Shown one piece after another: positions 51,893-62,353 of a stretch of DNA of 64,000 bases (position 1 is the first letter of the stretch; each line of letters opens with the position of its first letter). The stretch spans positions 928,001 to 992,000 of the forward strand of contig CBDATS010000004.1 of NCBI GenBank assembly GCA_965200245.1, written 5' to 3'. The translations under genes were made by a program, and so were the position numbers. Below the pieces are notes generated by a model. It saw nothing but the letters and a program-made list of their open reading frames with translations. It did not search any database and was not told the origin of the DNA. Source of the DNA: a bacterium. GTDB lineage: Bacteria; UBA8248.

Positions 51893-52627
51893 TCAGACGC
51901 GCAGTTCACCTCCGTTTCTGGATACGGCCAGCGCCTCCTTGAGTCGCGCGCCTTCGGCCGCCATGTGTTCGCGCATGGCGAGCGCGGCGCTTTCCGGTTC
52001 GCCCGCCTCGACCGCAGCCAGGAGCTTCTCGTGCTGGAGAAGCGCCTCGTCCGGCTGGCCGGGCGTTCCGATGATCTTGCGTTGGCTCTTCTCGATGAGA
52101 TCCGCAATGGCCTCCCACACCGTCCGCAAGACAGCGTTTTCCGCCGCTTCGCACAGTGCACGGTGCCAAGCGACGCCCGCGCGCACGAAGGCTTCGGGCC
52201 TCTCGATGCGTTTTCGCATCTCCTCGGTGTGGCCTCGCAGGCACTCCAGATGCTGTTCGGTCTTGTGCTGCGCCGTCAGGCGCGCAATTTGCTCTTCCAG
52301 TCCCTGACGCACCTCCCACAGTTCAAGAAGGGTGTCTTCCTTCACGTCAAGCAGAAAGGCCAGGCTCTCGCGCACAGTGGCGAGATAGGGGTCCACCGTG
52401 AGGTTTCGAAGAAATGCGCCCTGCCCGCTCCTCACCTCGATGAGTCCCGTGGTGTCGAGCGCGCGCAGGGCCTCTCGCACGGAGGGCCTCCCGATACCTA
52501 GCGTCGCCGCGAGTTCACGCTCAGAGGGCAGCCGGTCGCCAGGCGTGAGCTTGCGCGAGCGGATGAGCTGCTGGATCTGCTCCACCACGTCTTCGTAGAG
52601 CCTCGTTTTTCTCACTGGCCTGAGCAA
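51893..52627 (-). CDS. GntR/FadR family regulator
   Basis: GDRLPSERELA..RPSVREAL plus FCD domain; start approximate. Confidence 0.92.
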   Translation of the reverse strand: MLRPVRKTRLYEDVVEQIQQLIRSRKLTPGDRLPSERELAATLGIGRPSVREALRALDTTGLIEVRSGQGAFLRNLTVDPYLATVRESLAFLLDVKEDTLLELWEVRQGLEEQIARLTAQHKTEQHLECLRGHTEEMRKRIERPEAFVRAGVAWHRALCEAAENAVLRTVWEAIADLIEKSQRKIIGTPGQPDEALLQHEKLLAAVEAGEPESAALAMREHMAAEGARLKEALAVSRNGGELRV

Positions 52628-52717
52628 GAAATCGCCTCCCTGGTGTGGAAACCGTCCTGAGTGATGCGCAAAAGCCACACGGGAACCATCACCAGTCTTA
52701 ATCCACCCGAACACTTC

Positions 52718-52763
52718 TGGTCAGATGGTATGACCAATACTAGCCCCCGCACCCCCTTGTCAA
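52718..52763 (-). promoter_or_regulatory. FadR-type operator near the gntR promoter
   Basis: TGGT-N3-ACCA at 52726-52736 with an extra TGGTCA half-site; TTGACA on the minus strand at 52758-52763. Confidence 0.6.
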
Positions 52764-52892
52764 CAGGCACAAGCCCATTTTCATACAGTGACCCGTGCGT
52801 CTTTGGCCCCGCGTTGCCGTCGCCTCGTTTCCGCGCGTATAATCGATTCCCGTCTGGCGCGCGCACGACACCCGCTCAGCAGGGATGAGGTT

Positions 52893-53744
52893 TTGAGACT
52901 CGATTACGCTTTATCGGCGCATCTGTTCGCCTATGAACAGCTTCGTTTCGAGCATTTGAAGGAAACGGCGGAGGCGGGTTTCGCGAAAATCGAGCTTTGG
53001 GCGATGACACCCAATTTCGACGTGACGGAGAAGAACGGACTCGCCTCCCTGAAAGACTGGTTAACAGATATTTCTCTCGAGGCGCCCACCTTCCATGCGC
53101 CTTTTTATGCCGATCTGAGCGAGGCCAGAAAGGGGCGTTGGCTCTCCCTTGCCGACCCCGACGCCGATGCACGCGAGAGAGCCATCGAACAGACGACAAA
53201 CGCCCTGCGCGCCTTTCGCCCCCTGGGAGCCAGAATCGCCGTGCTCCACCCGAGCGCGCCCGGTAAAGCGGGGGATGGAGAAACCTACGAGGCGCTGGAA
53301 ACGAGCATCGGCCGCCTGCTGCCGATATCCGAGGAGACCGACACCATTCTTGCGCTCGAGAACATACCTTCCGCCCTGGGCCGCTCAGAACCGCTCGCCG
53401 CATTCACGGCCCGCATCGACCATCCGCGGCTTAAAATCTGCATTGACACAGGCCACGCCCTCATCACCGAGGGAGAAAACACGCCGGGTGCTATCGAGCG
53501 GCTCGCTCCCCATTGTGTCGCAACACATCTGCATGACAACGACGGGCGAAACGACGCGCACCTGATACCCGGCGAGGGTGCGTTCCGGTGGCCTTCTATT
53601 TTCGCTGCGCTCGACGCCCGGGGCTATTCGGGGTCGCTCACACTCGAACTCAGAAGGAAGGAGGAGCCCTACGCCGAGACGCTGGGCGCCGCAGCGCGCG
53701 CTGTTCGCTCGCTCGCTTCAGAGAGCAAGACGGGTTCCGCATGA
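52893..53744 (+). CDS. Sugar phosphate isomerase/epimerase (AP endonuclease 2 TIM barrel)
   Basis: FHAPF, LALEN, CIDTGH, HLHDNDG..DAHLIPG, LELR. Confidence 0.85.
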   Translation: MRLDYALSAHLFAYEQLRFEHLKETAEAGFAKIELWAMTPNFDVTEKNGLASLKDWLTDISLEAPTFHAPFYADLSEARKGRWLSLADPDADARERAIEQTTNALRAFRPLGARIAVLHPSAPGKAGDGETYEALETSIGRLLPISEETDTILALENIPSALGRSEPLAAFTARIDHPRLKICIDTGHALITEGENTPGAIERLAPHCVATHLHDNDGRNDAHLIPGEGAFRWPSIFAALDARGYSGSLTLELRRKEEPYAETLGAAARAVRSLASESKTGSA

Positions 53745-54763
53745 CGAAGAGTCTGACCGGGCACACGCTGGCGCACGATCGTCTGAACACCCTAGCGCGT
53801 GATTGTTTCGGAACCGGCGTGTCGTCTCTCACACCCCTTGCCGGCGACGCCTCGACACGCGATTACGTCCGGCTCACCCACACGGGAGGAATACGCCCAA
53901 GTTCCATCGGCATGATCATGCCGGAGCCTTTCACGAAAGGGACGCTCTCCTTCATCGACGTGCAGGCGCATCTGAAGGAGATCGGTGTCAGAGTCCCCGA
54001 GATTTTCGAGATGGACGAGGCGACGGGTATCATCCTGCTGGAGGATTGCGGTGATGAATCGCTGGAAGACGTATGGCGGAGCGGCGGATGGAAGAGTGCG
54101 GCGCCGTTCTACGACGCCGCACTTGATTTGATGGCCCTGATGCAGGGGGCCCCTGCAGAGCCTGCTGGCGGGAGAACCGCGCTCACGCGGCGCTTCGACG
54201 CTCAATTTTTCACAAACGAACTCCACCACACGCGAAAATATGCCTTCGAAAACCTCCTCGGGACAGAGACCGATGCGCGCGCGCTGGATGCGGCCTTTCT
54301 CGAACTGTGTGAGGAAATCTGCCGGATTCCCTTCCGGCTCACTCACCGCGACTACCACAGCAGGAATCTGATGGTTCTGAACGATACCGTGTTCGCAATA
54401 GATTTTCAGGATGCACGCATGGGACCCGCCACTTACGATCTGGCTTCTCTCGTTTTTGACAGCTACGTCGATTTAGAGGAAGAGGCGCGCGCCCGGCTCA
54501 TCGAACGCTACTGGGAGACTTGCGGCCACCGCCCCTTCTCGGATAAAAAAGAATACGAACGCGCCCTGCACGGGACAGCCATACAGCGGAACCTGAAGGC
54601 CATCGGTACCTTCGCCTATCAAAAAGCGGTGCGCGGGTCGGACCGCTATCTGGCGAGTATTCCGCATACCGCAAGGATGGTCTGCCGGCATTTCGAAAAG
54701 AGGAGGGACCTGGCTGGTCTGCGCACCCTGCTTGATCCTTTCCTCCATAAGCTTCTCGCATAA
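53741..54763 (+). CDS. AmgK-like N-acetylmuramate 1-kinase / APH family phosphotransferase
   Basis: LAGDASTRDY, HRDYHSRNLM, IDFQDA, QRNLKAIGTF. Confidence 0.85.
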   Translation: MTKSLTGHTLAHDRLNTLARDCFGTGVSSLTPLAGDASTRDYVRLTHTGGIRPSSIGMIMPEPFTKGTLSFIDVQAHLKEIGVRVPEIFEMDEATGIILLEDCGDESLEDVWRSGGWKSAAPFYDAALDLMALMQGAPAEPAGGRTALTRRFDAQFFTNELHHTRKYAFENLLGTETDARALDAAFLELCEEICRIPFRLTHRDYHSRNLMVLNDTVFAIDFQDARMGPATYDLASLVFDSYVDLEEEARARLIERYWETCGHRPFSDKKEYERALHGTAIQRNLKAIGTFAYQKAVRGSDRYLASIPHTARMVCRHFEKRRDLAGLRTLLDPFLHKLLA

Positions 54764-54778
54764 AGGAGTCATCCCCCT

Positions 54779-55372
54779 TTGGATTTCCTGAAAACGACAT
54801 TTCTCACATCGGTAGAGCTTTGCCTGTATGATTTCCTGCACACCGAAGAAATACCGCAGAGCGAAGCGAGAACCGAGGTCGAACACACTGTCCTCGACGG
54901 CGCATCGGAGAATCGCCATCTCATCACCGACGTGCAGGGCGAGACATTGACGGCGAGACGCTTCGAGCGGGGCGAGAAGTGTTTCGCCGCGCTCGAATCC
55001 GGCAAGGTGGTGAGCTACATCTGGGGGGCACGCGGCGTGGTCGGGGTAGAGGAAATCGACCAGGCCGTGAAACCGGCACCCAGGGAAATTTATCTCTACG
55101 ACGCATTCACCCTCGAACCCTGGCGGGGAAGGAACCTCTATCCCTCCGTTCTGAGGCGCGCCCTCGAATACGCCGAGAAGCTGGGCCTCACACGCTCTCT
55201 CATCTTCGTCGAGGCAAACAACGCGGCTTCGAGGCGCGGGGTGGACAAGGCGGGCTTCATCCAGTTTCAGACGCTCTACCACAACCGCTTTTTCCTCTTT
55301 ACCCGCTCGCGTCTGTCGGACCCCCTGGAGGGACACCCGACGGCCACGTTCGTAGATCTTAAATTTGCCTAG
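54779..55372 (+). CDS. GNAT family N-acetyltransferase
   Basis: YDAFTLEPWRGRNL, NAASRR..KAGF. Confidence 0.8.
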   Translation: MDFLKTTFLTSVELCLYDFLHTEEIPQSEARTEVEHTVLDGASENRHLITDVQGETLTARRFERGEKCFAALESGKVVSYIWGARGVVGVEEIDQAVKPAPREIYLYDAFTLEPWRGRNLYPSVLRRALEYAEKLGLTRSLIFVEANNAASRRGVDKAGFIQFQTLYHNRFFLFTRSRLSDPLEGHPTATFVDLKFA

Positions 55373-55421
55373 CGGTGAAAACCGCGCATTTACCAGGCGC
55401 GATAGATGCGAAGGAACCCAG

Positions 55422-56441
55422 ATGTCGCAAAATTCATGCTCCTCTCTGCAGATAGAAGCCTTCAACTCGCCCGAGGCATTCCAGAACCTGGAAGCCGAGT
55501 GGCGCGCGCTGATGGCGCGTTCCACCCACGCGCATCCCTTTTATGACCCCGCGTGGCATGCCGCGTGGTGGCGCAACTTCGGCGCGGGCGAGTTGCACAT
55601 CTATACCCTGCGCGATGAGGGAGGCACTCTCGCGGGCGTGGCACCCTTCGTACTGAGCGAGGGTGAACGCCTGCGCCTGACGGGAGGGGACGACCTCTCG
55701 GACTATCTCGACATCATAGTTGCCGACGGAGCGCACCTCGCGTGCTGGCGATCGATCCTCGCCGCCATCGAAGGGCCGGATGCTCCTGCATGGCGCGAAC
55801 TCTCCCTTCGGGGAATACCCGAGAATTCGCCCACTATCGCGGCAATGGAGGAGTTAACGGGTGGGACGGCTGATGTTTCGGAAGAGGAAGTCTGCCCGGT
55901 CATCCCTCTTCCCGATTCGTGGAACGAATACACCGGGATGCTCGCGCCTCGGGACGAGCGGGATATAAGGCGCAAGATCCGCAAAGCCAACATGGAGGCG
56001 GGGCTGGAATACGGTCGCACCGAATCGGCTGACGCGCTCGCCTCCGACCTGGAAAGGTTCATCGAACTTCACGCCCTGAGCCAGCAGGAAAAGGCGGATT
56101 TCTGGAACGCCAAAAGGAAGGCCTTTTTCGAGGATGCGACAAGGGCAATGCTCGAACTCGGCTGTCTGGATTTGACAATCATGCGTGTAGACGGCCATCC
56201 CGTCGCCGCCAATCTCTCGTTCGATTACGCGAACAGGATATATCTCTACAACTCGGGCTTCGACCCGGCGGAACATGAGTTGAGTGCGGGCCTGGTGCTG
56301 ATCGCCCACAACCTGGAGGAGGCGATACGGGCGGGACGCGCATCTTTCGACATGCTGAGGGGCGATGAGGCCTATAAATACCGTTTCGGCGCAAGGGATG
56401 AGCGCGTAATGCGCGTACGGATCGAGAGGAGCACGCGATGA
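55422..56441 (+). CDS. GNAT (CelD/BcsL-type) acyltransferase
   Basis: SDYLD, YNSGFD, LSAG, FDMLRGDEAYKYRFG. Confidence 0.85.
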   Translation: MSQNSCSSLQIEAFNSPEAFQNLEAEWRALMARSTHAHPFYDPAWHAAWWRNFGAGELHIYTLRDEGGTLAGVAPFVLSEGERLRLTGGDDLSDYLDIIVADGAHLACWRSILAAIEGPDAPAWRELSLRGIPENSPTIAAMEELTGGTADVSEEEVCPVIPLPDSWNEYTGMLAPRDERDIRRKIRKANMEAGLEYGRTESADALASDLERFIELHALSQQEKADFWNAKRKAFFEDATRAMLELGCLDLTIMRVDGHPVAANLSFDYANRIYLYNSGFDPAEHELSAGLVLIAHNLEEAIRAGRASFDMLRGDEAYKYRFGARDERVMRVRIERSTR

Positions 56442-57742
56442 ACGCAGAAACGACCCGCCTCGCCATCCTCTCGATGCACACCGACCCCCTCGCCCCCCTG
56501 GGAGGAGACCTGACGGGAGGGATGAACGTCTATGTGCGCGAAATCGCAAAGGCACTCGCGGGCCTGGGCGTTCGAGCGGACATATTCACCCGCCTGGAAT
56601 CGGATTCATGCGAGCGCGAAGTCCCCATCACGCCGGAGACACGTCTCATCCGGATCGAGACAGGCCCCAGGAAAAAACTCGACAAGGACGTACAAGTCGA
56701 ATGGGCGGATGCCTTCGCACAGGGGATTGCAGCCTTTGCGGAAAAAAACGGGAGGCGTTATGACGGCATTTCCGCCCACTACTGGCTATCGGGCCTCGCA
56801 GGCGAGAATTTAGCCAAAGCGTGGGATGTTCCCCTCACACTTCGCTTCCATACCCTGGCCTCGCTCAAAAACGACGCCCTGCCCGTCGACACCAGGCTCG
56901 AATCCGACGTACGACTCCACACCGAACCCGAACTCGCACGGGCGGCGGACGCCGTACTCGCCTCATCGCCCGCCGAGGCACGTGCGATCAGGGAGATAGC
57001 GGGTTCGGCGGAAATCCATGTCGTCCCCTGCGGGGTGGATCTGGAGCGATTCAGACCGTATCCGAAGAGTGAAGCGCGCGCATGGCTGGACCTGAAACCA
57101 GACCTTCCATATGTCCTGAGTGTGGGCCGTATCGAACGCGTGAAGGGTCTTGACAGGCTCATCAAGGCCTTTGCCCTCATGCGCAAAGAACGCCCGGGAA
57201 TCGATGCACGCCTCCTGCACATAGGCGGCGAGATACGAGATGGCGCAGAGAGAACCGGGAAAAGCTATCGCGCAGCGGATTTTGCCTCACCCGCCCAAGC
57301 GGCGGAGGTCGCGCGGCTGGAAGGACTCTCGCAGAATCTCGGCGTGGCGGATGCCGTGCTCTTCAGGGGAGCGAAACCGCAAGAGTCGCTGCCGCTGTAT
57401 TATTCCGCTGCCGACCTTTTCGCGCTGCCGTCTCGCTATGAGAGTTTCGGCCTCACCGCCGTCGAGGCCGCCGCCTGCGGATTGCCGACGCTCGCCTTCG
57501 ACGTGGGCGGCGTGTCGCAAGCGGTACGCGAGGGCGTGAGCGGCCGTCTCGTCGCGGAGGGAGACATACACACCTACGCGCAGATGATGCTCCAAACCCT
57601 CGACAACCCCGATGATCATCCCAATCGCGCGGCCCTACAATGGGCTGCATCTTTCGCCTGGAAACGTGTGGCGGAGGAGGAACTTGAAATCTGGGCACGT
57701 CTTCGTCAGGGGGCCGTGCTCTCGACGCACGACGCTTCATGA
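56438..57742 (+). CDS. GT4 glycosyltransferase, MshA-like
   Basis: SMHTDPL..GGMNVYV, AHYWLSG, FHTL, GRI..KG, ESFGL..EA. Confidence 0.85.
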   Translation: MNAETTRLAILSMHTDPLAPLGGDLTGGMNVYVREIAKALAGLGVRADIFTRLESDSCEREVPITPETRLIRIETGPRKKLDKDVQVEWADAFAQGIAAFAEKNGRRYDGISAHYWLSGLAGENLAKAWDVPLTLRFHTLASLKNDALPVDTRLESDVRLHTEPELARAADAVLASSPAEARAIREIAGSAEIHVVPCGVDLERFRPYPKSEARAWLDLKPDLPYVLSVGRIERVKGLDRLIKAFALMRKERPGIDARLLHIGGEIRDGAERTGKSYRAADFASPAQAAEVARLEGLSQNLGVADAVLFRGAKPQESLPLYYSAADLFALPSRYESFGLTAVEAAACGLPTLAFDVGGVSQAVREGVSGRLVAEGDIHTYAQMMLQTLDNPDDHPNRAALQWAASFAWKRVAEEELEIWARLRQGAVLSTHDAS

Positions 57743-57770
57743 ATCCATCGAAAAAAGGAAGGAAACACAA

Positions 57771-58463
57771 GTGAGTCAGGAGGAATTCAGAAACATACTC
57801 GTCGTCGTCGCGCATCCCGACGATGCGGAACTATCCGCCGGGGGAAGCATCGCTCGCTGGACGCGGGAGGGTGCCACGGTGCAAACGGTCATCTGCACGA
57901 ACGGGGACAAGGGCACGAAAGACGACATCAGCCCCTTCGACCTCGCCAAGATGCGTGAGGCGGAACAACTGGAAGCTTCCCGTATCCTGGGCGTCGAGGA
58001 AACCATCTTCCTGCGACACCGGGACGGGGAACTCGAGGACACGCGTGCTTTCAGGAACCAGATCGCCTTCCTGATCCGCCATCTCAAGCCCGACACCATT
58101 CTGACCCACGACCCCTGGCGCACCTACTACCAGCATCCCGACCACCAGGCCATCGGCCACGCCACGTTCAAGGCGGTGGTCTACGCGCGGGATCACCATT
58201 TCCTGCCCGAACTCACATACGCAGGCATCGGTCCACACCACACGAAAAACCTGCTTTACCTCAACACGCGCGAGCCGAATTTCTTCGTGGACATCACGGA
58301 GACATTCGACGTGAAAGTCCGTGCCGTCTGCGCACACAAATGCCAGATCAAAAACCCCGAGGCGTTCGAGAAGCGCACACGCCAGCGTCTGGAGGACGCA
58401 GGCCGTGCGGCGGGTCTCCCCATGGCGGAACCTTTCGTCATCACACGGATGCGTGAAGGCTAG
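57771..58463 (+). CDS. PIG-L family de-N-acetylase (MshB/BshB-like)
   Basis: AHPDDAE, R..E, HPDH. Confidence 0.9.
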   Translation: MSQEEFRNILVVVAHPDDAELSAGGSIARWTREGATVQTVICTNGDKGTKDDISPFDLAKMREAEQLEASRILGVEETIFLRHRDGELEDTRAFRNQIAFLIRHLKPDTILTHDPWRTYYQHPDHQAIGHATFKAVVYARDHHFLPELTYAGIGPHHTKNLLYLNTREPNFFVDITETFDVKVRAVCAHKCQIKNPEAFEKRTRQRLEDAGRAAGLPMAEPFVITRMREG

Positions 58464-58470
58464 AGCACTC

Positions 58471-59568
58471 ATGTGCGAACAGGCACCCGAGGCCAGGGCC
58501 GGTCAGTTCATCATGGCCGGTTTCGAGGGATTGGCGCCCCCGCCCTCGCTCATAGAGCGTGTGCGCGCGGGCAGAATCGGCGGCATCATCCTGTTTGCCA
58601 GAAATGCCGAATCCGCTCGCCAGATCGCAACCTTGATCTCCTCCCTGCAGGAAGCCGCTCTCGCCTCCCCGCTCGAAAGCCCTCTCCTCATGGGAATCGA
58701 CCAGGAAGGCGGGCGCGTGAGCAGGCTCCCGGATGACTTCACGATCTTTCCAGCGGCGCGCGTCTTCGGCGAGGCTGGCGACCCCGCCCTCGCGCGCGAA
58801 GCCGCAAGAGTCACCGGAGCGGAACTGGAAGCCATCGGCGTGAACGTGAATTTCGCGCCCGTGACTGACATCCTCACGAACGCAGAATGCGCCGTCCTCG
58901 GCGACCGCGCCTTTGGAGAGACCCCCGAAGCCGTCGCGCACATCGGCGAGGCAATAATTCACGGCCTGCAGGAAACCGGCGTCGCTGCGTGCGCCAAACA
59001 TTTCCCGGGCATCGGGGAGATGGCTCCCGACCCCCATGAGACGCTGCCGACCTCGCGCCTCACGCTTGACGACATAAGAGCGCGCGAACTGAAACCCTTT
59101 CGGAATCTCATCCGCCGTGCGCCTCCCGCCTGCGTCATGGTGGCCCACGCTGTTTTCGAGGAGATAGACGGGACAGCACCCGCAAGCCTCTCGCCTGTTT
59201 TTCTGGAGAACATTCTGCGCGGTGAACTCGGATTCCAGGGCGTTGCCATAACCGACGACCTCGACATGGGCGCGATAGACGACCCGGCTGATGCCGCGCT
59301 CCGCGCCATTTTCGCAGGGGCGGAAATCGCCCTCATCTGCCATTCAGAAGACGCGCAGGAACGCGCTGTCGAAACCATTGCGCGCGCGATCCGGGGAGGA
59401 GACATCTCTCCCGAGCGCGAAATGGCCGCATCGGATCGGATACGCAGACTGAGAGAGAGCTATTACCGTCCGAACTGGCGACCGGAGATGATCGAAATCA
59501 TCGGCAGTGCCGAGCATGAAAGAGCCAGAGAGAGAATCCTCGCAGCTTTGGAGAGAGCCGGACAATGA
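58471..59568 (+). CDS. nagZ: Beta-N-acetylhexosaminidase (GH3)
   Basis: ILFARN, IDQEGGRV, KHFPG, DPH, ITDDLDM. Confidence 0.9.
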   Translation: MCEQAPEARAGQFIMAGFEGLAPPPSLIERVRAGRIGGIILFARNAESARQIATLISSLQEAALASPLESPLLMGIDQEGGRVSRLPDDFTIFPAARVFGEAGDPALAREAARVTGAELEAIGVNVNFAPVTDILTNAECAVLGDRAFGETPEAVAHIGEAIIHGLQETGVAACAKHFPGIGEMAPDPHETLPTSRLTLDDIRARELKPFRNLIRRAPPACVMVAHAVFEEIDGTAPASLSPVFLENILRGELGFQGVAITDDLDMGAIDDPADAALRAIFAGAEIALICHSEDAQERAVETIARAIRGGDISPEREMAASDRIRRLRESYYRPNWRPEMIEIIGSAEHERARERILAALERAGQ

Positions 59569-59738
59569 CGGAACAGTTCCGACTTTGATTGAAGAGGCAG
59601 CCGGTTCCGAGGTCCCGGCGTGCGAACGTCCCCGAAATGCGCATCGGATACAGGTCAAGGTTCAAAACGGATTTCCGCATACACAAGAACGACGATCCAA
59701 AACTTTACCCGTCCCGGCAAATGTCCATCGACCATCCA

Positions 59739-60797
59739 TCACACATTAAACCGCACGTGCATGATGTCGCCGTCCTTCACGACATAGTCCTTGCCTTCCA
59801 GCCTCAAGGTTCCCCTGTCGCGCGCCGTGGCCAGGGAGCCAGACGCCATGAAATCGGTGCAAGAGACCACTTCCGCGCGTATGAACCCGCGCTCCAGATC
59901 GGAGTGAATCGTCCCCGCTGCATGCAGCGCGATTGTGCCCGCGCGGATCGGCCAAGCCCGCACCTCATCCTCACCCACCGTGAAGAAACATCTGAGATTG
60001 AGCAGGGAGAAGGACGCCCGAATCACCTTGTCGAGGGCGGATGATTCCAAGGAGTAGTCCGCGAGAAATTCCGCGCGTTCAGCAGCCGGTAATTGAGCGA
60101 GTTCTTCTTCCAAACGCGCGGCGAGGACGACGGACTTCTCCCCGCCGAGTCCGGCGAAGGCATCCGCCTCTCCCAACTGCTCCTCACCCACGTTAACCAC
60201 AACGAGCAGCGGCTTGGCGGAGAGAAAGCCGAAACCCTTTACCGAGCGCGTTTCCTCCTCGCCGAGTTCCATTGAGCGGATGGGACGACTGCCCTCCAAC
60301 ACCTCGCGGATTCGGCCCAGGAGCGCGAACTCGGCCGCTTCCGCGGGGTCTTTCTTGAGCCGCACCAAACGTTCCAGACGCTCCATGCGGCGTTCCACGA
60401 CCGCCAGGTCGCGTAGCATCAGGTCGAAGCGCACGTCGCTCAAATCCCGCGCGGGATCGATACTTTCATTGGGATGCGGAACACCCGCGTCTTCAAAGGC
60501 ACGCACCACCACAAGCAGGGCGTCCGCGCCCTCAAGCACCTGCGGAATGGTTTCGGCGCCTTTCGCCGCCCCGCCATCGCCTACGCCGGGTGCGTCCACG
60601 AAGTTGACGCCTGCATAGGTCGTCTTCTTCGGCTGATAGATCCCGCTCAGCTCGTCCACCCGTGCGTCCCTCACCGACGCGGCACCCACGTTCACTCGCA
60701 TGGCCCCGTATCCCCCCGTTGAAGCCGCGCCGCCCGTGAGCGCGTTGAAGATCGTCGTCTTGCCTGCTGCGGCGGGGCCGATGATGCCTATCTTCAC
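59739..60797 (-). CDS. ychF: YchF/OLA1 family ATPase
   Basis: GKTTIFNALT, FFTVGEDEVRAW, IHSDLERGFIRAE, LEGKDYVVKDGD..FNV. Confidence 0.92.
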   Translation of the reverse strand: MKIGIIGPAAAGKTTIFNALTGGAASTGGYGAMRVNVGAASVRDARVDELSGIYQPKKTTYAGVNFVDAPGVGDGGAAKGAETIPQVLEGADALLVVVRAFEDAGVPHPNESIDPARDLSDVRFDLMLRDLAVVERRMERLERLVRLKKDPAEAAEFALLGRIREVLEGSRPIRSMELGEEETRSVKGFGFLSAKPLLVVVNVGEEQLGEADAFAGLGGEKSVVLAARLEEELAQLPAAERAEFLADYSLESSALDKVIRASFSLLNLRCFFTVGEDEVRAWPIRAGTIALHAAGTIHSDLERGFIRAEVVSCTDFMASGSLATARDRGTLRLEGKDYVVKDGDIMHVRFNV

Positions 60798-61121
60798 CTG
60801 CGCAATCCTCCAAGAACCAGGAACCTGCAAACGCGCGGGAGTGTATGAGAAGGGGGACGGGAGGTCAAAAGGGTCAGCCTCGGCTGAAGAGGGAGGGGCT
60901 GCCGACCGACGAGGAACTGCTGGAAAAGCCCACAAGCCGTGATTTCGGGGAATTACATACCTAAATCTGCAAGTCTTAATCCCTTCATTTTGCGCACCTT
61001 GCCCCAACCACCCTTTTCTCCCCATCAGGCTTTCGGTTGATTCCAAAAGGCTTCGCCGGATGATAGCATTCCCCCTCATTTCATGAACACGCTGATGAAC
61101 ACTTTCCCGTGAGGATTACAC

Positions 61122-62333
61122 ATGAACGATGAACAAACCGCGCGCATGCCCCTGGAAGGCGTGCGGGTCGTGGACATGTCGAATTATCTGGCAGGGCCGC
61201 TTTGTACCATGTATCTCGCGGACTATGGCGCCGAGGTCGTCAAGATCGAAAAACCCAGGGGTGGCGACCCCATGCGCCTATGGGGCCACAACAAAAACGG
61301 CGTGGGCCTTTACTACAAGATGATCAACCGCAACAAGAAAAGCGCGACACTCGACCTCAGAACCCCTTTCGGCGTCGAGGCGGTGAAGAAGCTCGTAACC
61401 GAAGCCGATGTCGTCGTGGAGAACTACCGCACCGGCGTGCTTGAAAAATGGGGACTCGACTACGAGAACCTCAAAGAAGTGAACCCCGCGGTTATCATGC
61501 TCTCCATCACGGGATTCGGCAGAACAGGGCCATACAAGAACCGCCCCGGCTTTGGTTCCCTGGCCGAGGCCTTCGCGGGATTCAGCCACATCAACGGTTA
61601 CCCGGACGGCCCGCCACTGAGTCCCTCCTGGGGGCTGGGGGATTGCTCCACGGGTATCGGCGCCGCATTTCTTGTGATGGTCGCGCTCCTCGAACGCGAG
61701 CGAAGAGGCGGCGCAGGCCAGCAGATCGATCTCGCAATCTATGAGCAGTTGCTCACCATGCTGGGTCCCCAGGTGATTTATTTCGATCAGCTGGATTTCA
61801 TCCAGGGCAGGAGCGGATCGCGCCTCGAGTTCGCGGTGCCCCGCAACAATTTCGAGACCAAAGACGGCCAGTGGGTGCTCATCGCGGGATCGAACCAGTC
61901 CATCTTCGAGAACATCTGCAGGGGGCTGAACCGCGAGGACTTGATCGAGGACCCGCGGTTCGCCAACAACAGGGAGCGCATGAAGAACGCGGACGCCATC
62001 GAGGACGAACTCCAGAAGACCATCAAGACCCTGACGCTCGCTGAGGTGATGGTGCGGTTGACCGAGTTCGAGGGCGCAGCCACCCCCATCAACAACGTCA
62101 AGATGGTGATGGAGAACGAACAGGTGATCGCGCGCGGAAACATCACCCAGGTAGAGGATGCGGAACTCGGCGGCCCGGTGCGGATGCAGGAGGCTTTCGG
62201 CAAGCTATCGCGCACGCCTGGCAAGGTGCGTCACGCGGGCGAGTCTCTGGGAAACAGCAACCGCGAGGTCCTGGTGGAACGCCTCGGCTACACAGAAGAG
62301 AAACTCAAGAGCGAGGGAATCGATGTTGGTTGA
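61122..62333 (+). CDS. Class III (CaiB/BaiF) CoA-transferase
   Basis: LEGVRVVD, LADYGAEVVKIE, NRNKKS, LGD. Confidence 0.92.
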   Translation: MNDEQTARMPLEGVRVVDMSNYLAGPLCTMYLADYGAEVVKIEKPRGGDPMRLWGHNKNGVGLYYKMINRNKKSATLDLRTPFGVEAVKKLVTEADVVVENYRTGVLEKWGLDYENLKEVNPAVIMLSITGFGRTGPYKNRPGFGSLAEAFAGFSHINGYPDGPPLSPSWGLGDCSTGIGAAFLVMVALLERERRGGAGQQIDLAIYEQLLTMLGPQVIYFDQLDFIQGRSGSRLEFAVPRNNFETKDGQWVLIAGSNQSIFENICRGLNREDLIEDPRFANNRERMKNADAIEDELQKTIKTLTLAEVMVRLTEFEGAATPINNVKMVMENEQVIARGNITQVEDAELGGPVRMQEAFGKLSRTPGKVRHAGESLGNSNREVLVERLGYTEEKLKSEGIDVG

Positions 62334-62353
62334 TGACCAGGAGTCCCACCCGC

